NCBI GenBank assembly: GCA_965645245.1
Contig: OZ287071.1
Location: 310,001 to 374,000 of the forward strand
Source of the DNA: Massalongia carnosa
Lineage: Eukaryota
Direction of reading: 5' to 3'
DNA length: 64,000 nucleotides
Shown: in pieces, positions 1 through 13,350 of the stretch
How the letters are laid out: every line of letters begins with the position of its first letter
Numbering within the stretch: position 1 is the first letter of the stretch
Translations under genes and position numbers: made by a program
The notes under the pieces: model-generated
Databases searched by the model: none
Told to the model about the DNA's origin: nothing
Seen by the model: only the letters and a program-made list of their open reading frames with translations

Positions 1-37
1 ACAGCTTTGTTCCGATGTCAACCATTCGATAAATAAA

Positions 38-673
38 ATGACCCCTGTCGTCGAGGCCGCCAACGCGCTCTCGCTTGCAGCCTTCCGCACCAGGTTCCTC
101 CCCAATATTCGGGCTCTCCCCCCTCTGCCCACAAATCCAACGCTTCAACTTGCCTTAACGCTCGAGAGTGGGTCACAACTCTCCGCCACGGACTTTCAAT
201 CCTGCTACACCTTGGTCCGCTTGACCAGTTCCACCGCTTATCAGTCTTCTGGCGTTGGATGGCAGCCAGCGAAGAAGCGGAAGGAGATGCGGCTGGATGA
301 CATGCGGTATTTGCTTGTCAAGAGTCATCCCGGGGGTTCCGAAATCGACCAGGAGGAACTTCAGGGGTTTCTCTCGTTCCTGTTGACGTACGAGGATGGG
401 TACGAGGTTGTTTACTGCTACGAGCTCCATCTTGCGCCGACCTTGCGGGGACACGGAGTAGGGAAACAACTTATGATGATGATGGAGAACGTGGGGAGGA
501 ACGTTGGGGTGGCAAAGGCAATGTTGACTGTGTTTGTAGAGAACGAGGCGGCGCTAAAGTTTTACGAGAGGCTAGGGTACGAGGAGGATGAGTACTCGCC
601 GCAGCCGAGGAAACTGCGGAATGGGGTCGTGAAGGATCCAACCTATGTGATTCTGTCCAAGAGTCTTGCTTGA
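38..673 (+). CDS. NAT4: N-alpha-acetyltransferase 40 (NatD/Nat4-like GNAT, histone H4/H2A N-terminal acetyltransferase)
   Basis: Single 211-aa ORF with 'GW...KKRKEM', 'VVYCYELHL...RGHGVGKQLM' (GNAT motif A), 'KAMLTVF..N..ALKFY.RLGY..DEYSP' and 'YVILSK'. Confidence 0.88.
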   Translation: MTPVVEAANALSLAAFRTRFLPNIRALPPLPTNPTLQLALTLESGSQLSATDFQSCYTLVRLTSSTAYQSSGVGWQPAKKRKEMRLDDMRYLLVKSHPGGSEIDQEELQGFLSFLLTYEDGYEVVYCYELHLAPTLRGHGVGKQLMMMMENVGRNVGVAKAMLTVFVENEAALKFYERLGYEEDEYSPQPRKLRNGVVKDPTYVILSKSLA

Positions 674-722
674 TTGGAGGACAACGGAGCGGATCTTCAA
701 TTCGTTTTTGGTTAAAGTCTAA

Positions 723-2217
723 TTAGATCCGTCGAACTTCTTTGCCCTTCATCTCCGGCCTTTCCACTTCCCATTCATCTCTTAGCACGGCAAACAACAA
801 ATCCGCCACAACTACCGAGAGCCCCAGGCTCCACACCAGGGTTATGGCGTAGAAAAAGTTAGCATTCCCTGAACCGGCGTAGATCCAGAGGTAGTAGAAG
901 GCAGGGCCCAGCAAAGTGGCGTAGAGGATGGTAGATATGACAAAGAAATTATATCGCATTACTAACGACTATCAGCCCGGTATAGGCTTGATGGATCTGG
1001 AAGAACTTACGTGGGAAAACATGCCTATACATAGGCACAAGAGCAAAGTACAGCGACGTGTCGGAGATACTCGGATAGGGTTTAAATACAGCAAATATCC
1101 CCAGGAGGCTCGTGATGACGAACAGCGGCTGATTACGCACACGGATGCAGAAACCACCAACATAACCTGTCAGGTGCAGCCAAAACACTCCAAGGAAGAA
1201 CTCCCGGAACGAATCGAACATTTCAATAAAGAAATACCACCAGAGCCCCACATTCGGCGTCAAATCGGGCAAGAGAAGATGAACGCCGTAGGTCGACAAA
1301 AGAAACTCCCAGGATCCGCCCGTGAGGAGATAGGAAATGTACAGGAACCATGCTATGCTTGCAGAGAATAATAAAAGGTACTTGAGAATGAATATAGAAG
1401 GAGTTGAGACCTGTATCCCTCTTCGCCTTGATTGATCATAGCAGAGGATGAGAAGAGGGGGGAAGAGAAGAACAGGGTACAGGGAGAGATACGCGGCTAC
1501 GGCTAGGGCAAGCATTGAGCTCAACGGTCTGCCATTTACCGCTTTGGCCGTCGCGTACAGTATAGCGTAGCTAGTAAAGACACTTGTGGGCCTGCCAAGG
1601 CAAGTTGCTATCGTGAAAGGGTTGAAGAGGTATCTAGAATGAATATTAATACTTGAAAAAATACGCCACTTGATAGATCTTACGCTGCTCCAATGGCTGC
1701 ATCATCCCATTTTATACATTTTCTGGAAGAAGTGAACAGTCGTGATGAGACTGACTCGCCAGACCCTGCGATTTGTACAAGGGCATCGGCGCAGAGGAGA
1801 TCAAGAAAGACGTAAAGGAGGCTGGTAAACAGAGAGAATGCCGAGGAAGGTATGAGCGCAAACAATGGTAGCAGGAGCGGCGCCTATATAAGTCGTCTTA
1901 GCAATTCATTCACGGAACTCTTACAGCCATCTCGAGTAGGACCCTTGTACCTGGTAGAAGACGCCCCCATCGTAGGGGGAGAGGCCGTGCGTGTATAGAA
2001 AGAGACCTTCTCGTACTACATATGATATGAACTCATCAGCGTAAGCTGCCCCTACAGTCAGTGTAAAGCACATACGCCTCTTAAAGCTGGTGACCGGGGT
2101 GGATATTTCTACACGACCTGTCAAGAGATCGGGTAAGGAGGGAAACCCAACGAAAAGCAGTAATCGCAGTGCCGATGCTGCCCCAAACAGCAGAACCTTC
2201 CGCCGATCAATGACCAT
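723..2217 (-). CDS. GAB1: GPI transamidase subunit PIG-U (5 exons, approx. 2217-2076, 2015-1951, 1883-1684, 1633-1011, 961-723)
   Basis: 'RVEISTPVTSFKRLREG', 'SPYDGGVFYQAP', 'YLFNPFTI', 'DLTPNVGLWWYFFIEMFDSFREFF', 'KPYPSISD', 'GSGNANFFYAITL'; GT-AG introns keep the frame. Confidence 0.93.
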
Positions 2218-2464
2218 GATCGCGACAGCTATTCAAAGAAGGAAGCCAGTTGAGGTTGCTATACATATTTCTTGCTATATAGTTCAAAGGTGAGCCATAG
2301 TCGTTAAATGGATTAGCTTAACTAGGTGATTAGTCATTTGCAAGCACAGACCACCACGAACTTTTATCCTTGGTCATTTCGAATTTGTATATTGAAAGCT
2401 CTGGGGTCCATTGATTTTGCCGTCATAAGTATTTTGGCAGCCATCTACCTTTATGTAAAGCAGC

Positions 2465-4684
2465 ATGGGGAAGATTAAGAAGAGAGGTACAGTCAGCTTG
2501 GATATCCCATGTTTTCGCTCTTACCTTTAACCATCTCCCTAGGGACCTCTGGCCAGGCGAAGAACTTTATCACAAGGACACAAGCTGTGCGGAAACTACA
2601 GATATCTCTTCCGGACTTTAGAAGACTGTGCATATTCAAAGGTACGAGCTACTTCTACTGGTAATAGATGGTTTTACTGAAAACGCGCTTGCCTAGGCAT
2701 ATATCCTCGAGAACCTAGAAACAAAAAAAAAGCCTCCAAATCTTCTACCCAATCAACCACCTTTTACTACACCAAAGATATTCAGTACCTCTTACACGAA
2801 CCTCTACTTTCCAAATTTCGAGATCACAAGGCTCTAGCAAAGAAAATCGCGAGATCACTAGGTAGAGGCGAAGTTGGCGATGCAGCGAGATTAGAGAAGA
2901 AGGGATCCCCTAAGATCTCCTTGGATCACATTATCAAGGAGCGATACCCGACCTTCATTGATGCATTAAGAGATCTTGATGATGCACTATCTTTACTCTC
3001 CCTGTTCGCCAATCTTCCGGCGACGGCCACTGTGCCTCCGAGAACCATTGCTCTTTGTCAACGACTTTGCCTCGAGTTCCAACATTTTCTAATCGCTACA
3101 AACTCTTTACGGAAATCTTTCTTGTCTATCAAAGGCATATACTATCAAGCCACGGTGCAAGGTCAGGATATATTATGGCTTGTACCGTACAAGTTCGTAC
3201 AACGAGTGACTGGGGATGTAGATTTCAGAATCATGGGCACCTTTGTCGAATTTTACTCTACACTCCTTGGGTTCGTCAATTTCCGCCTCTACACCTCAAT
3301 TGGTCTGGTCTATCCACCTAAGTTCAACGCAAGCAGCGATGAACATGGTGGAGAGCTTGGTGCATTCACCTTAGAAGGAAGAATCATAGAAGTCCCAGAG
3401 GAGTCTGGGGCGCTATTGAATGGTCATACAAATGGAGTATCAGCCCTAAATGTAGACATTCAAGAACAGATCGATGCAGTCACTTTGCTTTCTGAACCTC
3501 ACAATGAACTGGAGGAACGCAAAAAATTTGAGGGAGAAGATAATATAAATGATTCAATTGACAAATTCGAACCCTTAGGTGAAGACGCCGACACACTACC
3601 TCAGCCGGAGATAAGCGGCATCGAAGCCGCAAAGCTTTTTAGCTCTTTTTCTTTCTTCCTGTCACGAGAGACACCCCGTCAACCCCTAGAATTCATACTT
3701 CGTGCCTTCGGCTGCAAGCGAATTGGTTGGGATGCCGTTTTGGGTGATGGCGCATTCATGCACGACGAAAGCGACCCGTCCATCACTCACCAGATTGTTG
3801 ATCGACCGCCGCTGGTACCGATCGGTTCCGCCGAAGTTTCTGCTCAAAACAAAGAAGTAGCGAACGATGGAGCCATGCACGTATCTAGACCAGGCGACAG
3901 GGTTCCAGGAAGGATATATATCCAGCCGCAATGGGTATGGGATTGCGTAAACCAAGCCAAGCTACTACGACCAGATCTATACGCCCCTGGGGCGACCCTA
4001 CCCCCGCATCTAAGCCCCTGGGTCAAGGCGACGAAAGGCGTATACGACCCTGGCGTCCCACTCGCAGAGCAAGAACGCGAAGGCGAAGCCGAAGAAACCG
4101 AAGGCATGGACGAAGACGAAGACGAAGACGAAGATGGAAGCGACGGAGAAGAACCCAAGGTGGGCGGAATACATGTAGCAGCTCCCGAATCATCCCTGGT
4201 AGATTTCAACGCTGCTGATCTTCACGGCATGGACGTTGCTGCATTCGGCTCTGGCTCTTCCCGTCCCTCTTCCCCGGCCGCCTCCTCCTTCTCCGGCTTT
4301 GGCTCGGATCCCGCACTTTCCTCTTCCGATGAATCGAGCAAGGAGCACACACGTCACCAGCGCGAACTCTTAGCCGAAGCAACCGGTCTCCCGTTTGCGC
4401 ACTCCTCCTTCTCCAACGGTGACGACTTTAACGCGAAAAAAGTAGAGGAGACCCCGAGCAAGAAAACGAAGCTCAGGGCCGCCGGGGAAGCTGCGCGCAA
4501 GAAAGCGGCTAAAAGACGTCGGGTAGAAGAGGAGGAGCTTGAAAGACGGAAGATGATGATGGGTCGGCGGAAGCGGAAGGTGCTGGAAAAGATGATGTTT
4601 TCTAACGCGCGCCGGGATGAGGAGGCGAAGCGGTTACGCGGGAAGAGGAGGAGACTTGAGAGGGGGAAACAGGTGGAGATTTAA
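2465..4684 (+). CDS. NOP7: Pescadillo homolog, 60S ribosome biogenesis factor with BRCT domain (3 exons)
   Basis: ATG at 2465 gives '[53 protein letters not shown]'; then '[23 protein letters not shown]', BRCT '[12 protein letters not shown]', and an acidic then basic C-terminus. Confidence 0.95.
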
Positions 4685-5084
4685 GAGGTTTAAAGGGGGG
4701 AAAGGGGGTATGTTGAGGGCCGAAGGTCTGTAGGGCGGTGGAGAGCCGATATGGCTTCGTTGCAAGGACTCTGGATGAGGATCAAGGCGGAGTCGCAAAC
4801 ATTGTTCTCCGCTGGACTTGAATAAGTTACTGTAGCAGCTGCTACACTGCTTATTTTCCTGCCAACAGACATTGGCGGGAGGTGAAATTTAGAGCCAAGC
4901 GTTGATCAACGCGTTCAGGGATCAAGAACACAAAACTCCATAACAGTCTCTGGCATACAAAAAGCGCGGCTCATGACTTTTTCTATTCCAAGCTTATCCA
5001 AATGACTGCGTCCTATGATATTCACTACTCTACACCAAAATCTTCCCCCCTAAACAAGACTCACTCAGAAGTCCACCGCCCGAC

Positions 5085-6799
5085 TCAAAACCCCTCTTCC
5101 CTTCGCCCCTCCCCAGCCTCCAACACCTCCAAAAGCCCCCCAACAAGATGCACGCTACCCGTGGCCAATACTTTCGCTTCCCCACCCATCCTCTCAGCTA
5201 CATCCCTAACGCACTCAACTGCTTCTTCAATCGTACGCACGACACTTACGGCTGCCTTAGCGTCTAGCTGGTGCCATGTATCAGCGAGCCCCTTCTGCAC
5301 GGTTAGCTCCTCAAGGGCGGAAGACGCGGTCTTGAGGCTCTGAAGGTCCGGGCACAAGCCCACCGTGCGGAAGGTGAGGTTGGAGCAGAATATGGCATGG
5401 GTAAATGGCTGAGCGTCCTTTGGAAGGGCATCGGCGAGGTTGCGATGAAGGACCCGAGCCAGGGCGTTGGCGTCCCGGATTTGCTGGTTGAAGAGCAAGA
5501 TGCGAGTTTCGCGGGAAGGAGAAGAGGTGCCTAGAGAAAAACTGGAGGAGCAAAGGTGGGATCCAAACCACTTTGCGCCAGCTTGGATACTTTCAAGTGT
5601 GTGACCGCAGTCTATATGCCATATGATATTTTTCTCGCGGCGGATTTCGCAGCGACCCGGCCAGCGGGCTTGTTTAAGGCCACGAATGATTTCAGGGGAG
5701 AGAAGGGAAGCTGGGGGCGGATGGACGGGTTTTTTGAGGGCGCAGAGGTGGGCGGAGGCGATCTGAACGGCCAAGCTTGCGTTGGAGAGCTGAAAGTCGC
5801 CGGCCAGGCCAAGGGGGATGTTGGAGAGGGAAAGGTCTGTTGGGACAACTTGAAGGGTGACGCATTTGGAGGCGGCGCGTTGTTGGAGGACTTCTTGCGC
5901 AGGGGCGGGCTGCGGAACAGTAAAGGCTGGAACGTTGCTTTTCATGATGCCGCCTTTGTGCCAGGCGATCTCTTCGATGGTGTTGCCCAGTATATTAACG
6001 TGGTCTATGCCCAAGCTAGTGATGCCTGTAACTGTGGGCGTGACTAGAATGTTGGTAGAATCGTATTCTCCGCCAATGCCGCACTCAATGATGGCCGTGT
6101 CCACTCCTTCGCTCATGTAGGTATGGAATGCCATCAACGTCAGGAAACGGAAATAGGTTGGCTTCGCAGACGTATCTGTTGGCAAGCCCTTTGCTTGTGC
6201 TGCATCTTCCATGCGATCCCACAGCTGGAAAAAATATTTTGCAAAATCATCTTCCGAAAGAGGTTGGTTATTGATTTGAATACGCTCCCGCACAAAGCGC
6301 AAATGAGGGGAGGTATAGAGACCAATTTTATTGAGGCAAGAGCTTGGGTTGGACGGTGAGTGTAGGTATTGGCAAAGGATATATGAGATGAATGCACAGG
6401 TCGAGCCTTTGCCTTTTGTTCCTGAAATATGGATTGGATTCAGACGGTTGAAATCCGACGGCTATTTACATCTCTCAGTGCATGGTCGGCTGGAGAGCCC
6501 GATTATTTCCAAGGGCACACCTCATACCCTATCGTTCTGCACCATTCAATCATTTCTGGTATTGCCTGTTTGTTTAACGACCTGCCGGACTTCCTGATGA
6601 CTTCGATGGTGGAGAAGTTGGACTGAAGGGTGTTCAGCGCAGCAATAGCATCCTGTTGGAAGCATTAGCAGCCATCTTTGCGTTGGTAATTCCCACCAAC
6701 CACGTAGGATCGATCCATTCGTCGAGTAGTAGAATGAGAGCGCGCCATAACATAGAAACAAGAGCTTATGGCTTTCCTTGGCCTCCATAATTTACTCAT
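5085..6799 (-). CDS. MET7: Folylpolyglutamate synthase (Met7/met-6 type); in-frame ATGs at 6799, 6748 and 6718
   Basis: 'MDRSYV|DAIAALNTLQSN', P-loop 'IHISGTKGKGST', 'GLYTSPHL..VRERIQIN', 'ECGIGGEYDSTN', 'GITSLGIDH', 'WPGRC', 'LATGSVHLVGG'. Confidence 0.92.
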
Positions 6800-9544
6800 A
6801 GATGGCTACAGACAAGGTCAAAAGGGTTAAGAGGTTTAACGGGTAAGAGGAGCTTGGCTGAATCGGGGTTGAGTGTCATCCTCCGTCAAACTGCCGGTCC
6901 ACTTGATGAATCCGTTCATCATAAAATGGAACAATATCCACAACATCTGCCATGTCTTACTGAGCTTGGTGGTGTACCTAAACATCAAGGTAGGTAGGTA
7001 TTATCAAGGTACCTTCTTACATATCTCGGTAGGTTTGTTTTGGCTGGGCCAAGACCACTTTAACTACTCCTTTTCTCTACAACTAAAAACACTAAAACCG
7101 CAGCTGCCCTGTAAGAACTTAGTCTTGCTATATCGTCGATCTAATTTAACGTTCATCTACCACGTTGGTATTGGTACTGCAATTCCTGGTTCGTTCAGAA
7201 ATCTTGCCTGGAGCATAGATCCTCTCCCGAGACGCCGTCAGAAAAAGCAACGTTACAGCGGATTTATCCTACAAGACACTTCCGGATATTCCCTTGATGA
7301 CTAGAGATAACACGCCACTCGCAAGTGTCCATTAATGAGCTAGTGTAAGGCACCTGTTGATGTGTATGTAGCCACCTCCATTCCCGTAAGGAAAGGTATA
7401 TGTCGATCTATCTTCGAATTAGCCCCTATCCAGCATTACGAGTATCCGCGCATGAAATCATACCGAGTATGTTTTTCCTAAATTTTGGAAACGTAACTCA
7501 TAGCTATGCCGCCAATCCGAGGCGCAATGGGCGACTCGATGCACTCCTCTAGAATCAGATCTCGAACCGTTTCAAGAATACCTCCCCGTGATATATATAC
7601 ACCTTTTCTGTAAATCAAACTGCAATCGCAGATTCCTGAAAGGTTGAGAACGCTAATTTTCTCGACTCAACCAGTGCTAACGCGGTGAGGACATACCACT
7701 TGCTCGGATGATAGAAGGAGTCTGGCCCAGGATCAACTCTATAACTTCTGTGCTCATATAGTGAGATTGTGACGCTGCATTGAGACGGTCCGCTCAGCTT
7801 TGGCTTCCAAAAGTGGGTTCGCAGGTAGGGTTGAGGAACGATACGTCCGTAAGTCGTTGGGGGCAAGGTTTTAAGGGACTATACGCATTTCGCTGCTTAT
7901 GCTCTGCCGGAAGCCTAGCAATGGCGAGCCGGAAGAAGGTGACGCACCGAGAAAGAGTTTGCTTGTCTCCACCCGGTCGTTACCCCAACTCCTCATAACC
8001 TTTAATTAGCCTTTGCATGAACCCAACACCATGCTCAGGCTTGACTTTATTGTTTCCGCCTTATATGGTTATTTTTATGACTGCGAGGAAAGCTAAAAGA
8101 ATGCAGATTAATAAGTGATTACCATAAATCTAATAAAGGCAATTGAGCTAAGAAAAAAATGGGGCTCTATAGTGACTCACAGTTTATATCGTTAAAACTA
8201 ATCGCGCTCTCTTCGATAGAATTGCCGAAGCCAACGGCCCTATAAACACCTCAGCCACAGCTGCCTCTAGTAGGGCTGGCGCGATCCCATCTTGAAATGA
8301 TATCTTGAGTCATGTCTCGTATTTCATTCGCTGTATGATCTGAAGTGACCGAAGTTAGCTAAGTTTTCTTTAGGTCCTTAGGAAATATCGATCTTGCAGT
8401 AGTAGGTTAGATCTTTATATGTAACTTGTGTTTTAATTCTTAGTCCTAGAGTATATCTGCCGGATAAGCCCTTCGATAGTTGGGGTCGTAGTAAGTAGTC
8501 CATTCGTTACTCACAGGCATCAAGTTTAATGCTACCTAGCAAGTACCCGATCGAAGTAATCCATATTATATACCACATATTGAACAAAATTCATTGACTC
8601 TAAATGCGGTAGTGGTACGGAATCTGGTTGACCATAAGTTGCGTGCAACTGCAGCAGAATGTGTATGGTATAACAAATGGCTTTAAGATGTGTATGTTTT
8701 GGGGTGAGAGGCATCTTCGACATGGAATGACTATCGTGTCGATCGATTAGATGCTATTTGGAAACTCTCCCTTGTTGCATGATATATAGAACTATCGATA
8801 GACATCAATTGACTGTAGTTTCATTTGTTAAGATTGGATCAAGCGGTTAAAAGAGACGCACATAAGAGCGAGATTCAGCAGAACTTGAAAGACTCTCGGT
8901 TTGATTCTATTCAAGCGGTTGATGGGCCTAACCTCGGCGCCAGAACCGCAAACACAATTAACCCAGCTAGCTTCCCTAAATAAACCACTTTAAGTCACAC
9001 AAGACACTGATCAGGTAATTAAGAGAACGGATTTAGATCCTTGGAGCAATGAGCTCCTATCGCCACACTGGACAGGCTATTTGACTAAGAAAAAGAATGA
9101 CTTTAGAAAGCGGATCAGAGGCTCTCGTTTCGCCTACCTGGGTGCTGCTGCTAACCTTGAAAATAGGCGGTTTTTCATAAGGGAAGGAAATGGTTAGGAA
9201 GAGAAGTCTTAGGAGGCTGCTTTGAGCACAAACCAAACATTTAGAAGAGGCCAAGTAGAAAAACATATTATTGTACCATAATGCGAAGGACTTGTACTGG
9301 TTCAGTTCTTGAAATCAACAATATTGTGTTGCCGAGGAGTTTTACACCAATGCAAAAGAGAACAAATATGAGACGTCCGATAACTCCCTACTGACCAGCT
9401 ATTACAACTTATCGTTGTCCTGGCCAGTCCGGCGATATGACACGCCTGCCTTAAGAATCTAGATCAAGACCATCGTCTAAAACACATTTGGACCATAGAG
9501 CCCAATATGACCGTAAAACCAAATAAAGACCCGACCGCGAAGAA

Positions 9545-10437
9545 TTAGCAATTGCAAGCACTAGCCCCTTGAGTCCCAGGCGCTTCAGGGCGCAGGTCCA
9601 CCCCTGGACGGGGATTTGATCTCAGGTTACGTGCACCAGCTTGTTCGAGCGGTAATTTTCGAGCGATGGCGGTAAAGAGATCCGGTACATTTTCGGCAGT
9701 CTTCGCTGATGTCTCAAAGAATAACAAGCCAGCCTCTCTTGCATAGGCTTCCGCATCCACAGTCGCAATTGCCCGCTTATCTGGGAACTCAGTTACTAAA
9801 TCGGATTTATTTCCCGCTAAAGCAATAATAATATTCTCGTTGGCCTGTCTTTGAAGCTCTTTCACCCATGCCTTGGCCTTGTCCAAAGATGACTTAGTCA
9901 CTGTTAGCTAGGGTATGATTCAGACTCGTTTAATATGGTACTTACAGCTTGTGTTATGTCGTAGACAACTACGGCGCAATTTGCGTTTCTGTAGTACATT
10001 GGAGCAAGAGACTTGTATCTTTCCTGTCCTGCTGTATCCCATATTTCGAATTTAACTGTTGTGGTATCGTCAAGTGAGATAGTTTGGGTGAGAAATGCAG
10101 CCCCGATGGTTGATTCTCGATAGTCGTCGAATTGATCCTACATAATCATTTTAGCAGCGGCTCATGATACAGATCGCCAATTACGACAGAGTACTTAACT
10201 AACCTTGACAAATCTTAACACCAGCGAGCTCTGGAAAATGGTATATTAGTCGAGTCCCAGGGGTTACTAGAGTCTGAGAATCAAGGCACCTTTCCCACTG
10301 CCGATTCCCCTGGCAAAATGGTTAGTAGGTCCACCAAAGAGAAACTAGACGCAATAGCGCAGCGACAAACCTAGCAGCACGAGCTTGAACTGAGCAAAAC
10401 GAGCTCCAGGCCTTGCGCCCGTTGAAACCCGAGACAT
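9545..10437 (-). CDS. Rab5-family small GTPase (Ypt5/Ypt52/RabB type); exons 10437-10371, 10309-10290, 10230-10204, 10137-9946, 9892-9545
   Basis: Spliced '[26 protein letters not shown]...[11 protein letters not shown]...[23 protein letters not shown]', 'GNKSD', 'ETSAK', C-terminal CxC prenylation motif (CNC). Confidence 0.95.
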
Positions 10438-10950
10438 AGTATGGAGAGAATATAAGAAGCTGTATATGAATGACGTTTAAGCAGGACCGAAGTGAGAAGG
10501 ATAAAAGACACAGTAGTTATTAATCGCTGATGTAATCGTAAGGGAGGTTTCGTTGACAATTATTAGTTTGGAAGATGGATGGATGATGGAAGAGAGAGCA
10601 AAAGCTTTATGCAGGCTTAGGCACGCTATATAATTAGGTAGGTGCCTTACCTTACGATCCAATCCATTTTAGGGAACACTCGACTGTCGGATCAACTTGT
10701 TTCCTATATCTTGAAGACCTGGCTCATTCTACACATTCAGTGCGATGCGAATCGCCTTGTGAAGCACTCTTATGGGGTGAAGATTTAACATCAAGTTTAC
10801 TGCGAGAATAAGTCTCATGCATGCCATGATCGCAATGCTACGGAAGCCTGATTGCCAAAAGTAAAATACCCTCACAGCAACTCCACGGCAATGGCTTAAT
10901 CCTAGCTTCAAGTTCTTCCCTGCCTGCCTGCCTGCTGAAGAAGAAGAGCT

Positions 10951-13175
10951 ATGGACGGTCTTCTCCCTTTCCGAGATATTAACGTCCACGCCTCAACCTC
11001 TCATTATGCATTTACCTCTCCGTCATCTCCATCCTCTCAAACATTGGTTGTAGAACGGCCCTCTGGCGACCTGCGTATGAATGATGGCGCACTTTTGGGC
11101 ACTAAAAGAGTATCCAGCATCGCTGGCATCCTTGGGATCATCCGGCTTGGGCTAGGTAATTTCATCTCTATGAGGATTGCAAGAAACATTACTAATCTGT
11201 CCCAGATAAATACATTATAACCATCACCAAAGCCCAGCCTATGGGCCGTTTGAAGGGACACATGGTATACAAGGTTATTGCTACCGAACTCCTCCCACTC
11301 CGAGAGCGAACGCTTCATGATCCTGATGAGGATACCTACCTCAATCTTGTGAAGACGCTGTTGAAAAGCGGCCCAATGTATTTCTCCTACTCGTTCGACG
11401 TCACCAACAGCTTCCAACGGCAAGCACACGTCGACACCTCTATACCCTTGTGGAAACGAGCTGATGATCGCTTCTTCTGGAACAAGTTTGTTCAGGCAGA
11501 TCTGATTGATTTTGCAACGGCTAAAAACCATGGTGCAGGCCCACGTCTTGGAGGGCTCCAGGGCGGGGTTGATCCTTTCATTTTACCTGTCATGTTTGGC
11601 ATGATGAGAATTACAAACACACGTGTGAAGTCCACTCCGCTAACTTTCATCCTGATTACGAGAAGATCCAGACACCGGGCTGGAACACGATACTTCACCC
11701 GTGGCATTGATGAACAAGGCCATGTTGCTAATTATAATGAGACTGAGCAAATCATCATTCTCAACGATGGCGCTGGGGAGCTTGGAGGCTTTGCTGGTGG
11801 TGGAGGTATGCAAAATGGCAAAGTTGGGGGTAGCAGCAACCATGACTTACAAGTCATGTCTTATGTACAGACTCGAGGCAGTGTGCCGGCTTTTTGGGCA
11901 GAGGTCAACACGTTGCACTATATTCCAACTCTTCAGGTACGTAGCGTCGATGCTGCAGTCGGTGCAGCTAAGCGTCATTTCGACGAACAAATACGGTTGT
12001 ACGGAGACAATTATCTAGTAAATCTTGTGAATCAACGAGGCCGGGAAGATCGTGTTAAGAAGGTGTATGAATACTTGATTCAAATTCTTGTCTCGTCACC
12101 TTCTTCATCGATAAAGGCAGACCAGATTACCGATGAAAAACTACATGTTCTAGAGCCAAGCAGGAGAAATCAGATATATGATCGATTACACTACATATAT
12201 TTCGACTTCCACAATGAAACTAAAGGCCTTCGATGGCACCGTGCGCTAATACTGCTAGAACAGCTCAAGGAAGGTCTAATCAAGGGCCAATACTTCCGTG
12301 GTGTTGATTTACCTGGAGACACACAAGGGCGGCTAGAAATTCGTAATGAGCAAACTGCTGTGGTTAGAACAAACTGCATGGATTGCCTTGACCGGACCAA
12401 CGTCGTCCAGACAATGCTCGCTCGATGGACTTTAACTCGGCAGCTTCTTGATATTGGTGTCCTACAACCTGGGCAAACCGCCGATGACGACGAGACGTTC
12501 AGGTTTCTTTTCCGAAATGTATGGGCGGACAACGCCGATGTAGTTTCAAAGTCGTACTCCGGAACTGGAGCTTTGAAAACAGACTTCACCCGCACTGGGG
12601 AAAGAACCAGGGTGGGAATGTTTCAAGATGTTAAAAGCTCCCTTACCCGATATGTCAAAAATAATTTTGGAGATGGCCCTCGGCAAGATGGCTTTGATCT
12701 TTTTCTAGGAGCATATCTTCCATCTAACTCCAGCGTTGGGAACAATGCACTTTTCAGAGATCATCGGCCGGTTTTAATTCAATCGATCCCTTATCTACTG
12801 GCTGCCAGCTTATTCTTTGTTTTCGTGGCTTCTCTAGCGAAACCTCAAGATGGGTCAAAGACTTGGTCCCTCCAGTTGTTCGCCATTCTGTGGATAGCTG
12901 TTGGTGGCTGGTGTTTGCATTTCATCTATAATCACGGCATGCTCTATGTAAGTCTCGGACCCTTAAAAACATATTTCTACGGATGCTTACATGGATTCCC
13001 ATAGGTCAATTGGCCGAAGTTGAACACGCCGCGGTGGGCTAATGAAGGCTACCAAGAAGCCCTGGGTAGCGTTCGCAAAGATAAGCTTATTGGTTCATTA
13101 TTGGTTCGACATGAGCGCGGAGCAAGTAATGCAAGGCTAGGCCATCTGGAGGAAGGCAAGAAACGAACACAGTAA
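10951..13175 (+). CDS. SAC1: Phosphoinositide phosphatase Sac1 (exons approx. 10951-11155, 11206-12947, 13005-13175)
   Basis: 'RRSRHRAGTRYFTRGID', 'SYVQTRGSVP', catalytic 'RTNCMDCLDRTNVVQ', 'YSGTGALKTDFTRTG', two C-terminal hydrophobic helices. Confidence 0.96.
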
Positions 13176-13291
13176 AGGATGGTTGGCTCATAAATGAGAT
13201 CGGTTATTTCCAATGCACAATGCCAACTTTCACCCTGCTCGGTATATCTCCACAATGAATACCTACATTATCCTAACACAAAAATATTTAT

Positions 13292-13350
13292 TCCTCCTAT
13301 TCCTCCTCCTCCTCCTCCTCCTCCTCGTCGTCGTCTTCCTCGTCTTCTTC
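13292..13350 (+). repeat. Trinucleotide low-complexity tract (CCT)n grading into CGT/CTT, in the SAC1 3' region
   Basis: ttcctcctattcctcctcctcctcctcctcctcctcgtcgtcgtcttcctcgtcttcttc. Confidence 0.85.
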
